From the NCBI GenBank assembly GCA_965202585.1, contig OZ241834.1:7378001-7442000 (forward strand): DNA of 64,000 nt, given 5' to 3'. The stretch comes from Thalia democratica. Taxonomy: Eukaryota. A model generated the notes under the pieces. The model did no database searches. It saw nothing but the letters and a program-made list of their open reading frames with translations, and was not told where the DNA came from. The position numbers were made by a program, and so were the translations under genes. Shown one piece after another: positions 52,801-64,000 of this stretch (its first letter is position 1; every line of letters begins with the position of its first letter).

Positions 52801-53510
52801 AAGACATTATAATTAGATTTTCATTAATTTAATACATTTACCATAAAAAACTAACTAACTGATTAGCTTTGACATTTTTGAAACTTTTCAAATCTTAACA
52901 CTTTTATTTATCAGTTAATTAGTAAAATTGTTTTGATTTTTATTTTAGTATTAAAATATATTAGTAAACTTTACATATGGAAACTAATAAATGGTATTTC
53001 ACTATATAAAAAAGCAGAAATAACAGTATTTATTGTTGCTTAAGGCAAAAGCTTTGCAGCAGAATTCAAAGATTGCAGTTTTTGATGAATGTGGCACTTT
53101 TCAACAACAACACTCAGTGGTTTATCACATGATAAACCATAAAAATTTGTCAAAACTGCTTTAAAATGTTTCTGAATATGCCTCAAAGACTTTACATAAT
53201 ATAGGTATATTTTAATTCAAATTGTAAAACTTATTTGGTAATTAAAAAAAATTAAACAAGATAATATATGAAATGTTGTAACCCAATGTGCAAGTTAAAT
53301 TTATAAATTAAGATAAATAATAATAATAAATTACTTAGTATAGTATTAAAACAAGTTTAAGCAAATTTTGTTTTACAAGATCATAAAATCATCATTATGA
53401 CTTTGATCTTCATCGCAAACTTATATGCAAGAAGTTATTTTACTGTTAACAGAAAACTTAAAGGTTGAAATACTTTTTAATTAAGTATATTTTGTCTTTT
53501 TCTATTAGAA

Positions 53511-53614
53511 ATGTTTATTTGTTTATTGAACGAAAAAAAAAGCGCTCAACAAAAACCATTTGGTTGTCGAGTCTTACACCACGGATTGGATACAGTTTAA
53601 CGTCATGTCCAGGA
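53511..53614 (-). repeat. SINE-like repeat, internally deleted copy
   Basis: tgtttatttgtttattgaacg...gcgctc...ggttgtcgagtcttacaccac...ggatacagtttaacgtcatgtccagga. Confidence 0.75.
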
Positions 53615-55989
53615 TAAAAAGCTAAATAAAGATAAAATGATAGTTCTTAATCTTGACATTAAAACGATATATCAAGATACTAAATCTTGAAAAGTAGTGT
53701 TTCTCCAATAGTATTTTCTGTGTAATCTAGTGTTCACAGATTTTAAAAAACATAAAAGACCAACGTTGTGCTTACTAAACAGTATTTAAGTAAGAAATAG
53801 ATACATTTAATTTTATTAAACTAGAACAGGTGTAGGCAGCAGATCTGTCAGAATGCTGATATTTTCTGTACCAACTGATAACCGAAGTGTATAAACTTTT
53901 GTTTTATTTTCATTATTATTTTTTTACTCGAGTAACTAAACCGATTTGTTTTAACAAGTATGGTCGACAAGCTTTTGGTGGTCGCTGGCTAAAATACTCG
54001 CGGGCCGAAGTTGTAGTTTTGTCTCAACTCTTCATAATAGATCCGAAATATCTAGTGTAATTTTCTAATTTCCCGTAAAACGTACATAAGACCTTTTTTC
54101 ACTCCATCCTATGTATCTAGTGTGAGTTTTAAAAAATTAAGTTTTCCGGAACATCTGGTTGTACATTAAATAAGTTTTTTTCGCGGGACAATATTTCAAG
54201 CTTGCGGACATGTTTTATCTTTCGCGCACCGCAGTTTTACCTTTAATGGCTGAATCCCATTTAAATTAAAACGTGGTAACAAGCCGATAGATTTTACCGA
54301 TAGGTTATAAATACATTTTTACAACTGAACAAAAACTCTTTTAAACAAAAATACAAATCATCTGTAAAGAATTTAAAAAGCAAAAGGTTTTCAATAGTTT
54401 AATGCTATAATAAAAGTATATATTTGTCTTAAACCGAAGTGTATTAAGTATTAAAGTGTTTGTATTTATCAAATAGATATAGGAGTGGTTCGGCTAAATT
54501 GTTGAGCTTTTGTTTAATTATGATGTGTTATAAAAAAAAACTAATCTTTAATTAAGCTCATAGTGAAACCCACAAATCTTCCTTTAATTACAATATACAT
54601 TTTTTAAGTATTGTTAGCAATGCACAGTACATTTGCTAATTATTTAATGTTTTACCTTTAAATATGTAAATGCTCTTTTTTTTAGGAAAGAAAAATAAGT
54701 TACTCAGTAGGTTTTATTAATAGCCTTTGTAGTTTATGAACAGAATAAGTAACTAAAAGTATCGGTAAATTGTTTATACTTTTAAAAGGTTTTGAGCAGC
54801 TTATTTAAAATGTTGTTTTTTTAACTTTTAGTCCACCAAAAGCAAAGACTTTATTGAGCTTTGTGTAAGCTAAAAATAAGTTTGAAATTATTTGAAAGTC
54901 ATTGTATTAATAAATTCTAAGTTTTGATTTTATTTTTAGTTAGTTAAAACTGTACTATGTACTAGTTAAACTTAATATTTAACATAAAACTTAAGTTTGT
55001 TGGAACTTGAAAACTTATAATAATCAAACAACAAAAGTACTATGTACGTTATCTTTATTCATTGATGTTTGTCCCCTGGTCATTTTCAGACTTTTTCTAA
55101 TCAAACAATTAAAATGGTGTCAATTTTAGTCGCTACAAGTTTAAAGTGTGTCTTTTGTACGGACACGCTTAAATGCACGAGGGACACAGTGTTGGGAGGC
55201 AATTGTCTAGAGAGTAACACAATAAAAATTTTTAAATCAAAAGTTTTTTTTTGCACAGAAAAAGCTCAATTGGGGAAAAAGAAACAAATGATAGCTGTAA
55301 GTTTTGTATCATTAAAAAAGATAAATAGCACGGCGTAACTTTAGCCCAAAATGATAATATTTGAATTTCTACAACTTAACTGTTTCTATCAAACCAAATA
55401 TGTTGTAAAATATATTCTGTGCTAAATTGTCTTAGAGTAAGCATCGTTATTATGATTTGTAATATTACTAGTGAGTAGTGACACTAACGGGAAAAGACCT
55501 TTAAAAGTCTAATACAGACCACTGCGGAAAAACAGCGCAATTTTGAACATCTTTTTAGTTGCCAACCCTGTCAAAACTCTGAAATAAAAACTTTAAAATT
55601 TTGAAACGATGTAAGCAAAGCGAACTCTACAGCCTGTAATCAATATTGATTGAGAAAGAGCGATCTAAGATAAATACGCGAATAGCATTAAATGGAATAG
55701 CAAAATTATTAACAATTTATTAATAAACATATCTGTACTTTAGTTTTACTTGCTAAATCTCAAAAGTTTGTATTCATTTGAATTTATTCATACGTCATAG
55801 TTTAAAGTTATTTTTTAAACTGTTTACTAACCAAAGAAAAAAAAATTCAAAATTTATTCAACATTTACCACTTGAAAATGGCACTAGTATAGTTTTGAAA
55901 AGCTTTGTGAAATAAATGTAAAACAAAATGAGTAATCTGTTAATAATAAGTTGCAAATGGTTTATAAATATGATACAGTAATTTCAAAC

Positions 55990-56210
55990 CTTTTCAAATA
56001 CTGTGTACACTAGATTATTAAAAAGGTTAATTAAATCGACGTTTTATGTTTTGTATTATAAATAAACAGCAAAATAGGTCATAAATCACTATCCTTCCAA
56101 GGTAGTAAGTTTTGGACTAAGCTACCATTATGTTTAAAAAATATAATTCATTTTGGAAAGTTCCAGGATGAACTTAAAAGTTATCTTTTAAATAGTGATT
56201 ATTGTTTTTT
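55990..56210 (+). mobile_element. 3' end fragment of a CR1/L2-group LINE ORF2
   Basis: IGHKSLSFQGSKFWTKLPLCLKNIIHFGKFQDELKSYLL matches the typical G-x-K-x-W-x-x-LP...FK-x-x-LK-x-YL C-terminus. Confidence 0.65.
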
Positions 56211-56727
56211 TTCTTGTTAAAAGCATAAATTTTACAGTACTTATCTTAATATTTTCGTTTATAAAAGTTAAGTTAATGTAAAAATCACTTCTTAAAAATT
56301 CTTAAACAAATTTAGAAATAGTTTATTTAACTATTCAAATGTAAAATTGTTTTTACTGTTCAAGTTAAATTATTAAACAAAATAAAAATTACCTTTTTAG
56401 CACAAAATACTTATAAAAAGTGTTTCGTAAAAATATTTCAGCGTATTACATTTTACTTTCTTTTAAGAAGTTGTAACCTATAATTCAAGTATTCACACGT
56501 TTGTTATTAGTGTTGTTTACCTTCTTTTAAAAGTTAATTCAAAGTTATATATACTTATAGTTCTAATGTTACTAAACAAGATTCATAATACACAACTAAA
56601 CACAAAATTCAGTTAATTTTCATTTAGTTTTATTTTCTTTTAACTGATTGTTTTTTTACTAAAGATTTAATTATTTAAAAGATAAAAAAAACTATGTGTA
56701 ATAGCTCGTAAGAAACTTTATAAGCAT

Positions 56728-56822
56728 GTGGTGTACGACTCGATAACCGAAAGGTTCCTTTGTACACCAGGTCCTTAGACCAAACTTTTTGAGCGCTTTT
56801 TTATCGTTCAATAAACAATTAA
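56728..56822 (+). repeat. SINE-like repeat copy, opposite orientation
   Basis: gtggtgtacgactcgataaccgaaaggttcctttgtacaccaggtccttagacc...gagcgc...ttcaataaacaa. Confidence 0.75.
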
Positions 56823-56949
56823 TTAAAATGCTAAGTGAAAATCAATGATTTGACCATGAAAACCAATTAAAAGTTAGTTGTATTTATAAAATAATTTTAA
56901 ACACTAAAATATATTGTTATAATTCTTAATCTTTCAAGCTATGCAACTA

Positions 56950-58200
56950 TAAAATGTAAATTTCATTTATCTACAATAAGAAACTGAGAGGAATTTAATT
57001 AATTCGCAAAGTTTGTTTGTTGCCAATTGAAAACGAATTTGAAGAAAAGTTAAGAATATAAAATTAAAAAAGAATCAAAATTAACAGGGAAGCAATCAAG
57101 ACAAAAGTCTCTGTTTTATAAAACACTTTGACCAAAAAACAACAAGATGTTGTTGAAAAAGAATCAAAATAACAGAGAAGGAAAAAGAATTTATTATTTC
57201 TGATGAAAAAAATTGGAAGTAGCAATAAAAGATAAGTAAGGTTTCGTCAAAGTTATAGACGTGTTGTTGGAAAGTTTAAGGCTTGAATGTGTGACTACAA
57301 ATTAAAAAAAATACGCAGCTTAAATCTGTCAGGGAGAAATTAGAAACAGCTATCAAAGAAAAAACAATCTTATAAAAAAGCAAGAAAAGCAGTTAGGATT
57401 GATTATTTGACTGTACAAAAATATTTTGAGAAAAACACATCGAGCTTTTGTTGAAAAAGATGAAGTATATAAGTTAATTCACGTAAAGTGATTTTAAATT
57501 AAACTAAGACTATGAAAAAATTCTAGTAAATAGCAGTTTAATATTACCTAATACAGTAATATTAAAAAAAAATTGTTAAAGTATATAAAATAAAAAGTTT
57601 TTATCCTTGATTTTAAACAGATAACTAAATCGTAGCATTTGTATAACTCAATATAGTTTTTAAATGAGCAATTAGTTTATTTACTTATACTAAACAAACG
57701 TTCAAATGTATTTTGAATACAAGATTGTTCATTTGTATATAAAACTAATGCTTCAACGACGCTTGGACAGTTTTCAAACAAACTACAAGAAAATGCTTGA
57801 CAAAGCAGCCAGCGAATCAAGGATCAAAATAAATTGATCGAGTTTGAAATGAACAAACTTAATTTGGATTTAGATTATGCAAAAGACAAGAATGGCGAAC
57901 TTTTGTATAAAATAGTGAGCTATTTGTATTGACATTTTTTTAAACTGAGATATTGAAAAAGAGTAAAAGTAAATAAATTGGTTACTTCTGATAAATAAAA
58001 GGTGGAAATAGCGATAAAAGAAAAAGAAAGTTTCATCAAAATTCAAGATGTATTGTTAGAAAGCTTTTGAGGGTCGGGTGTATTTCTGAAAGAAATTTTT
58101 TTTAGAAACAAAGAAACCGAGCTTCAATTGAAAAGGATGAAATGTATAAGTTTAAGATCACACAATGCAATTTTGAAATTAAACTGAATAAATAATCTAT
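56950..58200 (+). pseudogene. Decayed gene for a repetitive coiled-coil protein
   Basis: Two homologous modules, LEVAIKDK*GFVKVIDVLLESLR (~57215) and VEIAIKEKESFIKIQDVLLESF* (~58000). Between them is an exon-like segment ...QRIKDQNKLIEFEMNKLNLDLDYAKDKNGELLYKI|gtgagc. Many stops and frameshifts. Confidence 0.55.
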
Positions 58201-58650
58201 CAAAACATTCTTAACATATAGGTTTGTTTATCTGACCAAAAGCTTTCGGTGGACTCTTAGTGTACATGTTTAGGCTCTGTTAGACTTTCGCCGATATTTT
58301 CTTGGATCGTATTCAAAAGATTTTTTTATAAATTATTTACAAAGTTGTTTTTGAAGTGGAAAAGCTTTAGTTCATTTGGGTTGTTCTTTTTATTCTTCAA
58401 ACTTCAAATGATTTGAAAACCAAAAGATGTTTTAGCAATTGGAATAAAATTAGGAAAAAGTATCATGACGTAGTAATTAGAAATTTTTAAGTAGTTTGTA
58501 AACAAGGTAGAGCTTAATAAATTACTATATCTTTTTTATGGTACATAACTTATTTAAAAATATAACGATACATTTCATTATTAATAAATTAAAGGTTTAA
58601 TTAAAAATTAATTAGTAATTAACTAAATAATTTCTTTTCGGTACTAACTT

Positions 58651-59938
58651 TATATAAAAATTTGAGACAACAATTCATTTTGCAGTATATTTTATTTTTG
58701 TTAACTAAAAATTTTTCAATCTACCCTTTTCAATAGTTTTTGTAGATAACTAAATAGATTTTTCTAATATAGTAAAATTAATAAAATTGTAAGATTGTCT
58801 TAGTTCAAAGAACACCAACCTCTTTAAACACATCCATTTATAGAAAACCAACCTTCGTAGGCCAATATATTCCTTGGCAGTCTTTTTGTCCCACCTCACA
58901 AAAAACCAACTTAATATCGTGCTTAGTTTTTCGAGCACATAAAATATGTTCTAAGGTGAAACTAAGTGAAGAAATCAGTAACATTAAAAGTATTTTTGGC
59001 TCCTTAGGTTACCCTTTAGAAGTTATTGAAAAAACTATCAATAGGACTACCGCGAAGCTTGTCAGCCCTACAAAACACGGCCCAAATAAATGTGTAGTAT
59101 ATTTAAGACTTCCATATTTAGGAAAGGAAGCTAAGCTCTTTGAAAACCAAGTTTTAGAAACCGTAGATAACACTTTTGGGATTTAAGAATTACCCATTCC
59201 ACTAGAAAACCACTTAACGGAATTGTTAAAGATCTCACTCCTGATCCAGAAAAATGCAATATAATCTATAAATACAAATACCACTGTGATAGTGAGTATA
59301 TTGGGAGAACTTCGCAACGATTTCACATAAGAAGGGACCAACACGTGACCAACGCATTGAGAAACTGGATGATCTATGGGACTAATAAGCCAATAAAAAG
59401 TCAATCGGCAATAGGTGAACATCTGTTAAATAATTTAGAATGCGCAAAAAAATATAACGATAATATGTTTTCAATTGTTTGTAAAGGACGTAACATGTAT
59501 CATTTAAGTGTTTTAGAGTCTATATTTATTAAAACTAATAAGCCAAGTTTATGCAAACAAAAATTTGTTTATAACTCTAATTTGTTTAAATTATTGTAAA
59601 TTCGCTACTAAGTTTTGTTTTTGTTGTTTAATTTTATTTTAAGAAAGTTTAAATAAGTCGGTTTCCTCTTATTAAAATTGCTATTAATACTTTCAATTTC
59701 TAGTACTTAAGCTTTATACTTTAAATTTTGTTAAACAACTTTATATTAGCATCGCCTAGTACATGTAATTTTATTTACCTATTATGAAGCATAATCTTAC
59801 AATTTTATTAATTTTACTATATTAGAAAAATCTATTTAGTTATCTACAAAAACTATTGAAAAGGGTAGATTGAAAAATTTTTAGTTAACAAAAATAAAAT
59901 ATACTGCAAAATGAATTGTTGTCTCAAATTTTTATATA
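58651..59938 (+). mobile_element. 5'-truncated Penelope-like element (RT C-terminus and GIY-YIG endonuclease) bounded by a 146-bp inverted repeat
   Basis: TSIYRKPTFVGQYIPWQSFCP...RAHKICS...LGYP (RT thumb), then a frameshift near 59180, then NIIYKYKYHCDSEYIGRTSQRFHIRRDQH...SAIGEHL...LESIFI (GIY-YIG). 58651-58796 is the reverse complement of 59793-59938. Confidence 0.9.
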
Positions 59939-62900
59939 ATTAGTAATTACGTTTAAGTTTTGGTTTTGAAAAACATATGTTAATAAAAATAATTTAACCA
60001 GCATTATACTAACAAATGTCAAAGTAAAAATTTTTATTAAACATGTGTTATTACTTTAACTATTAATATCAAAATAAAATTTTCATTAAAGTGTATCTAA
60101 AGCAACTTAATTAGACTTTAGTACTGACTTTATATAAATATTTAAATTTTACATTAAAACCAATACTGTTTTAAAACATATCATGAACTATAGTTAGCTT
60201 ATTTCTGTTAAATAAAATCTTTAAAATTAACTAATTATTTATGTACTTTGATGATGACTTTGAATATTCATAAAAATAATATATTGAATGAAAAATCTGA
60301 ACTCAAAGTGATGTAAAAGCGTTTGAAATATTAATCACTCGTGTATAAAAAACTAAAGCTTAAACGTTTACAAAAAATACTAAAAAACACTTGATGAAGC
60401 TGAAGTTATTCGAGGATTGAACAGAAACTCTGGAATTTAAACTCCATAAGTTAAGATAAAATATCAAATATGCTACAGATTAAATATATACATGGAATAA
60501 AATTTTCATAAAAACTATCTTTTTATATTAAATAAAATTATTAAAAAAAATGTCTATGCAAAAAAAGGTTACGAAACTTTAATTATAACTTTATATCAGA
60601 GTACAATCACTTTTAAATTGTTTAAAATAAGTGCACTTGACAGCAAAAGTTGTTATCAAGCTTATTAGTATGAATATTTCGTTCTGATTTGCAAACTTAG
60701 TTTTACAATAGATAAAATTTTATTTTGATAAATTTAATATAAACTAGTAAGGGTATGGTATAAAAAGATGAAAAAATATTGGTATATAATGTTCTACACT
60801 CAATAATAATACAATAAAAAAGAAAAAGTCATAGCTTTTTGCAATAAAATTAAGCTAAAGTCAGTTTAACCTTAGAGACTGGTTTACATCTTAATGACCA
60901 AATAAAAACTTTGTAACAGCATTATTTTTTTGCGATCAATCTAAATTACGTTTAATCATAAAAAATAGTTTTTTTATATTTTTGTAAGTTTTGGAATACT
61001 TCGTTTATGTACTAGCGTAAAAATATTTTAGTTTGTCGATGAATCTTAATTAAGCTATGATCTAAAAACATTCTTATTGTAATCAAAACAATTTACTACA
61101 GTCTATACAAAAAAAAAATTATAACATATTACCAATAAAAACTTGAGTTTGTTTGTAAACTAAAGTAAGAGATCTTTTATAATTAATTAGTTGTATAAAG
61201 CTAAGCATATATAGTTATCCGTTGTTATTTTATTGTAATATGTTTAAAAATTAACATTATAAAGTTCTCAACTTGAGTATTTTTAAGGAGACGAACTAGA
61301 TTTAGTAAAACATTGACATGACAATCTCATATTGTTTAATACAAGAGTAAAAATTTGTTTTGTTTGTGAGAACAAAATTCTTTGTTATTTTAGTAAAACA
61401 TTTCTTAAACACATATGACATAAAAAAGTTTTTGAGTATAACATTTTAATAATAATTTGATTAAACTTCAGGTAAAAGAAAGTGTGTAGGTTTTCAATTA
61501 GTTAATAATGTACTTTTTTTATTTAATAAGATTATTGCACTTAATATTTCAAAAAAATCTATTAAAATTCTAATGTAATTGTGAACCTTGATTTATTTTA
61601 TAATTCACATATAAATAGTCAACTTAAACTAAATTTAGAATATTTATCGTAATAAAATCTTATCGGAAAATTGAAATCAAAAATTGGCAAAACTTAAATT
61701 TTACCTTAAATTAAATGTTAAAATTAAATTACGTTTGCACTATAAAAAAAGACAAAGTAAACTTGTTTAATGCATCTGTAAATTTACACAGATTGATGGT
61801 TTTAAATAAAACTTATTATATAAAAGAATAGTTTTATTTTCAATAAAAAACTGTTCTTGTGTAAGAAGATGCACTTAGTTTTTTAAATTGTAAAAGTCAA
61901 TCAAATGTAAATATGCTGAAAGCATACAATTAAAAAAGTTTATTCTTATACAATATCTAGATAATTAAAAAGTTTGTATGGTACTTGGTATTAAAAGAAA
62001 TAAAAAATTTAAGTTCACTTAGCTTTCAGAATTACAATAGTTTATAGTAATTTTAACATTAAAATCAAAAATGTTTCTGTTATAATTTTGAAATCTCTTC
62101 CAACAGTATGTTAGTATTTTAACTAGGCTCTAATTAAAAACTCAAATAAAACTGTTACAAGTCTAAAAAAAATACTCTATATGTACTTAAAAACTTCAAC
62201 AAAAAAAATATACTTTTAGAGAATGAATATTTTACAATATTTTAAACTGTTGTAGTTTAATTTGTATTTTTAGATATTCAATAAATACCAAAGACATTTA
62301 AAAATGTTTCAATAAGATTTATAATAGATTACGTTAACAGTTTTAAATTTACAAGACATTATTTCTTTAGTAACCAGACTGACTTCTTACTTCTGTCAGC
62401 ATGTATTTAGAATATATTTATGGAAAAATACTTTATCAAGTTTAACAAAATTAAATAAACAGGGCCATATCAATATTTAAACAAGTATACAGACAGAAAT
62501 AACCTTTAAAATGAAAAATTATAAACTTTTTTAAGTAAACAACTTTTGTTAAGTAGTACCTAAAGTAAAACATTCTGTAAAAGTTTGTTTTTCGAAATTC
62601 GTTGGTTAAAGAAATTAAAAAATCTAGTTGTTAGAGAAAAACTTCAAGCATAGCTTAAAAATTTTATAAAATACTTTTAACATTTGATATATTATAAATA
62701 AGTTTTTGGCGCAAGTTTCTATTAGATAGTCAAAAATATTATTTCTATGTACAGATGATAAAAATAATACTTAAGGCAACTCTTAAATTAATTGAAAAAT
62801 TACTTTTCCGTTATAAATACTAATTAGCTCTTTTAATGTTTTAGATTTAAAAATTATAACGTTGGTTTTGTTAATTTTTTTAAATGTTTAGATAAAATTA

Positions 62901-63011
62901 TTTTTATATCTTAAACGGTGATTTAGGTTTGCTATCAATCACTTTAGTTAAAAAATTTAAAATAACTTTTTTACCAGCTAACTTTTAATTCTAAAACACA
63001 CAAGTATATAA

Positions 63012-63313
63012 CAGGAGTCGGCAGCTTTTTATGACACTATTTTGAAAAAAAACCTCAAGGACTACACTTATTCTAAAATAAAGTTTATAATAACAATAAA
63101 AATGCTGTTTTAAAAGAAGTATATGATAAAATAAGCAAAAAATATGCACTAGTAAAAATTGAACTACGAACCTAGTTCTAAGTTTTTATTACAAAACCTT
63201 TTATTTTTATCGTTTTAAAAAAGTAAATTTTTAGCTAAAAAGTACCTCGCGGGCCGCAGATTTTTGCTTTGGGGGCTACATTTGGCACGCGGGCCGCAGT
63301 TTGCCGACCCCTG
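63012..63313. mobile_element. hAT (Charlie-like) MITE (302 bp)
   Basis: TIRs caggagtcggca / tgccgacccctg; 8-bp TSD gtatataa / gtttataa; subterminal cgcgggccgca twice. Confidence 0.85.
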
Positions 63314-63744
63314 GTTTATAAGTTTTATTAAAAAAAATATTATTACTAAGTTCATTAATAATTTATCATAAAAAAGGAGATGGTTATAAAATGTATTAAA
63401 ATTCTTATTTTACATAAAATAATGAAGATAAAAGATGTAAAAGTTTTGAACTTTTTATAAATATATAAAGAAAAACAATATAAACCAAAATATTTAAAAG
63501 AAGAAAATAAATCTTTAATATTCAATTACTTTGAGAAAATGTTTAAACAATTTAATAAAGTTCGTTCTAAAAATCAGTGTAAGAACAGAACATGCTTAAA
63601 TGATACGCTTAAAAACATAGAAACAACTGAATCTAAATTAATCGAACAACAATAAACAAGTTAAACTTTGAAGAAGTAATTTTAGTCACAAGTATTGATT
63701 TAAATAAGGTTTTGCTTCCAATCTTTTTTTAATTAATAATAGTT

Positions 63745-63860
63745 CATGGAACGACAAAAAAAGCGTTCACTAAGATTTTGTGCTAAGACCTAGTGTACAA
63801 AAAATATTTCGGTTATTGAGTCGTACACTACTTGGATACAGTTTAACGGCTCGTCCAGAA
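63745..63860 (-). repeat. SINE-like repeat copy
   Basis: aagcgttc...gacctagtgtacaaa...tcggttattgagtcgtacactacttggatacagtttaacggctcgtccaga. Confidence 0.72.
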
Positions 63861-64000
63861 CTTTTGTTTTGAGTAGGTCTTTTTTAAATGTAAATAAAGA
63901 AAAAATTCCTTAAACACTTTTAAAATAGATGGCTCAATTTTAAATAAGTAGAACAAGTTTAGAAGTATTTTTATTTTGTAAAATTTTTAGAAATGGATTA

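Noticed and set aside
52275-53160. Short open segments with plausible splice sites (e.g. 52275-52358 IERAGKITYDKTCLDF; IPIVITATN and IAVFDEC on +)
   Set aside because: Cannot be chained into a phase-consistent gene. The helicase-like motifs are in the wrong order. RNA-seq could revisit this.

Overview
AT-rich metazoan (invertebrate) genomic DNA; the exact taxon cannot be read from the sequence. By hand-splicing I find three protein-coding genes, all on the minus strand. (1) A ~29.5-kb, 53-exon polycystin-1-family gene (1357-30825, ~3258 aa): signal peptide, PKD repeats, REJ, GAIN/GPS, PLAT and 11 TM segments. (2) A two-exon GT31 beta-1,3-GlcNAc-transferase (39680-41260). (3) A 69-aa NUPR1/p8-like gene (46065-48735) that the ORF track misses. 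The rest holds MITEs, a Penelope-like element with a 146-bp inverted repeat, about 7 copies of a structured SINE-like repeat, a LINE 3' fragment, a ~97-bp minisatellite and two decayed coding relics. The most unusual signals concern exon definition. About half the donors are GTT and many acceptors are A-rich with no polypyrimidine tract. Exons are GC islands, and all 10 TGACGTCA palindromes I found lie inside coding exons. Each gene also has a splice acceptor just upstream of its ATG, which could reflect SL trans-splicing. All counts were made by eye.
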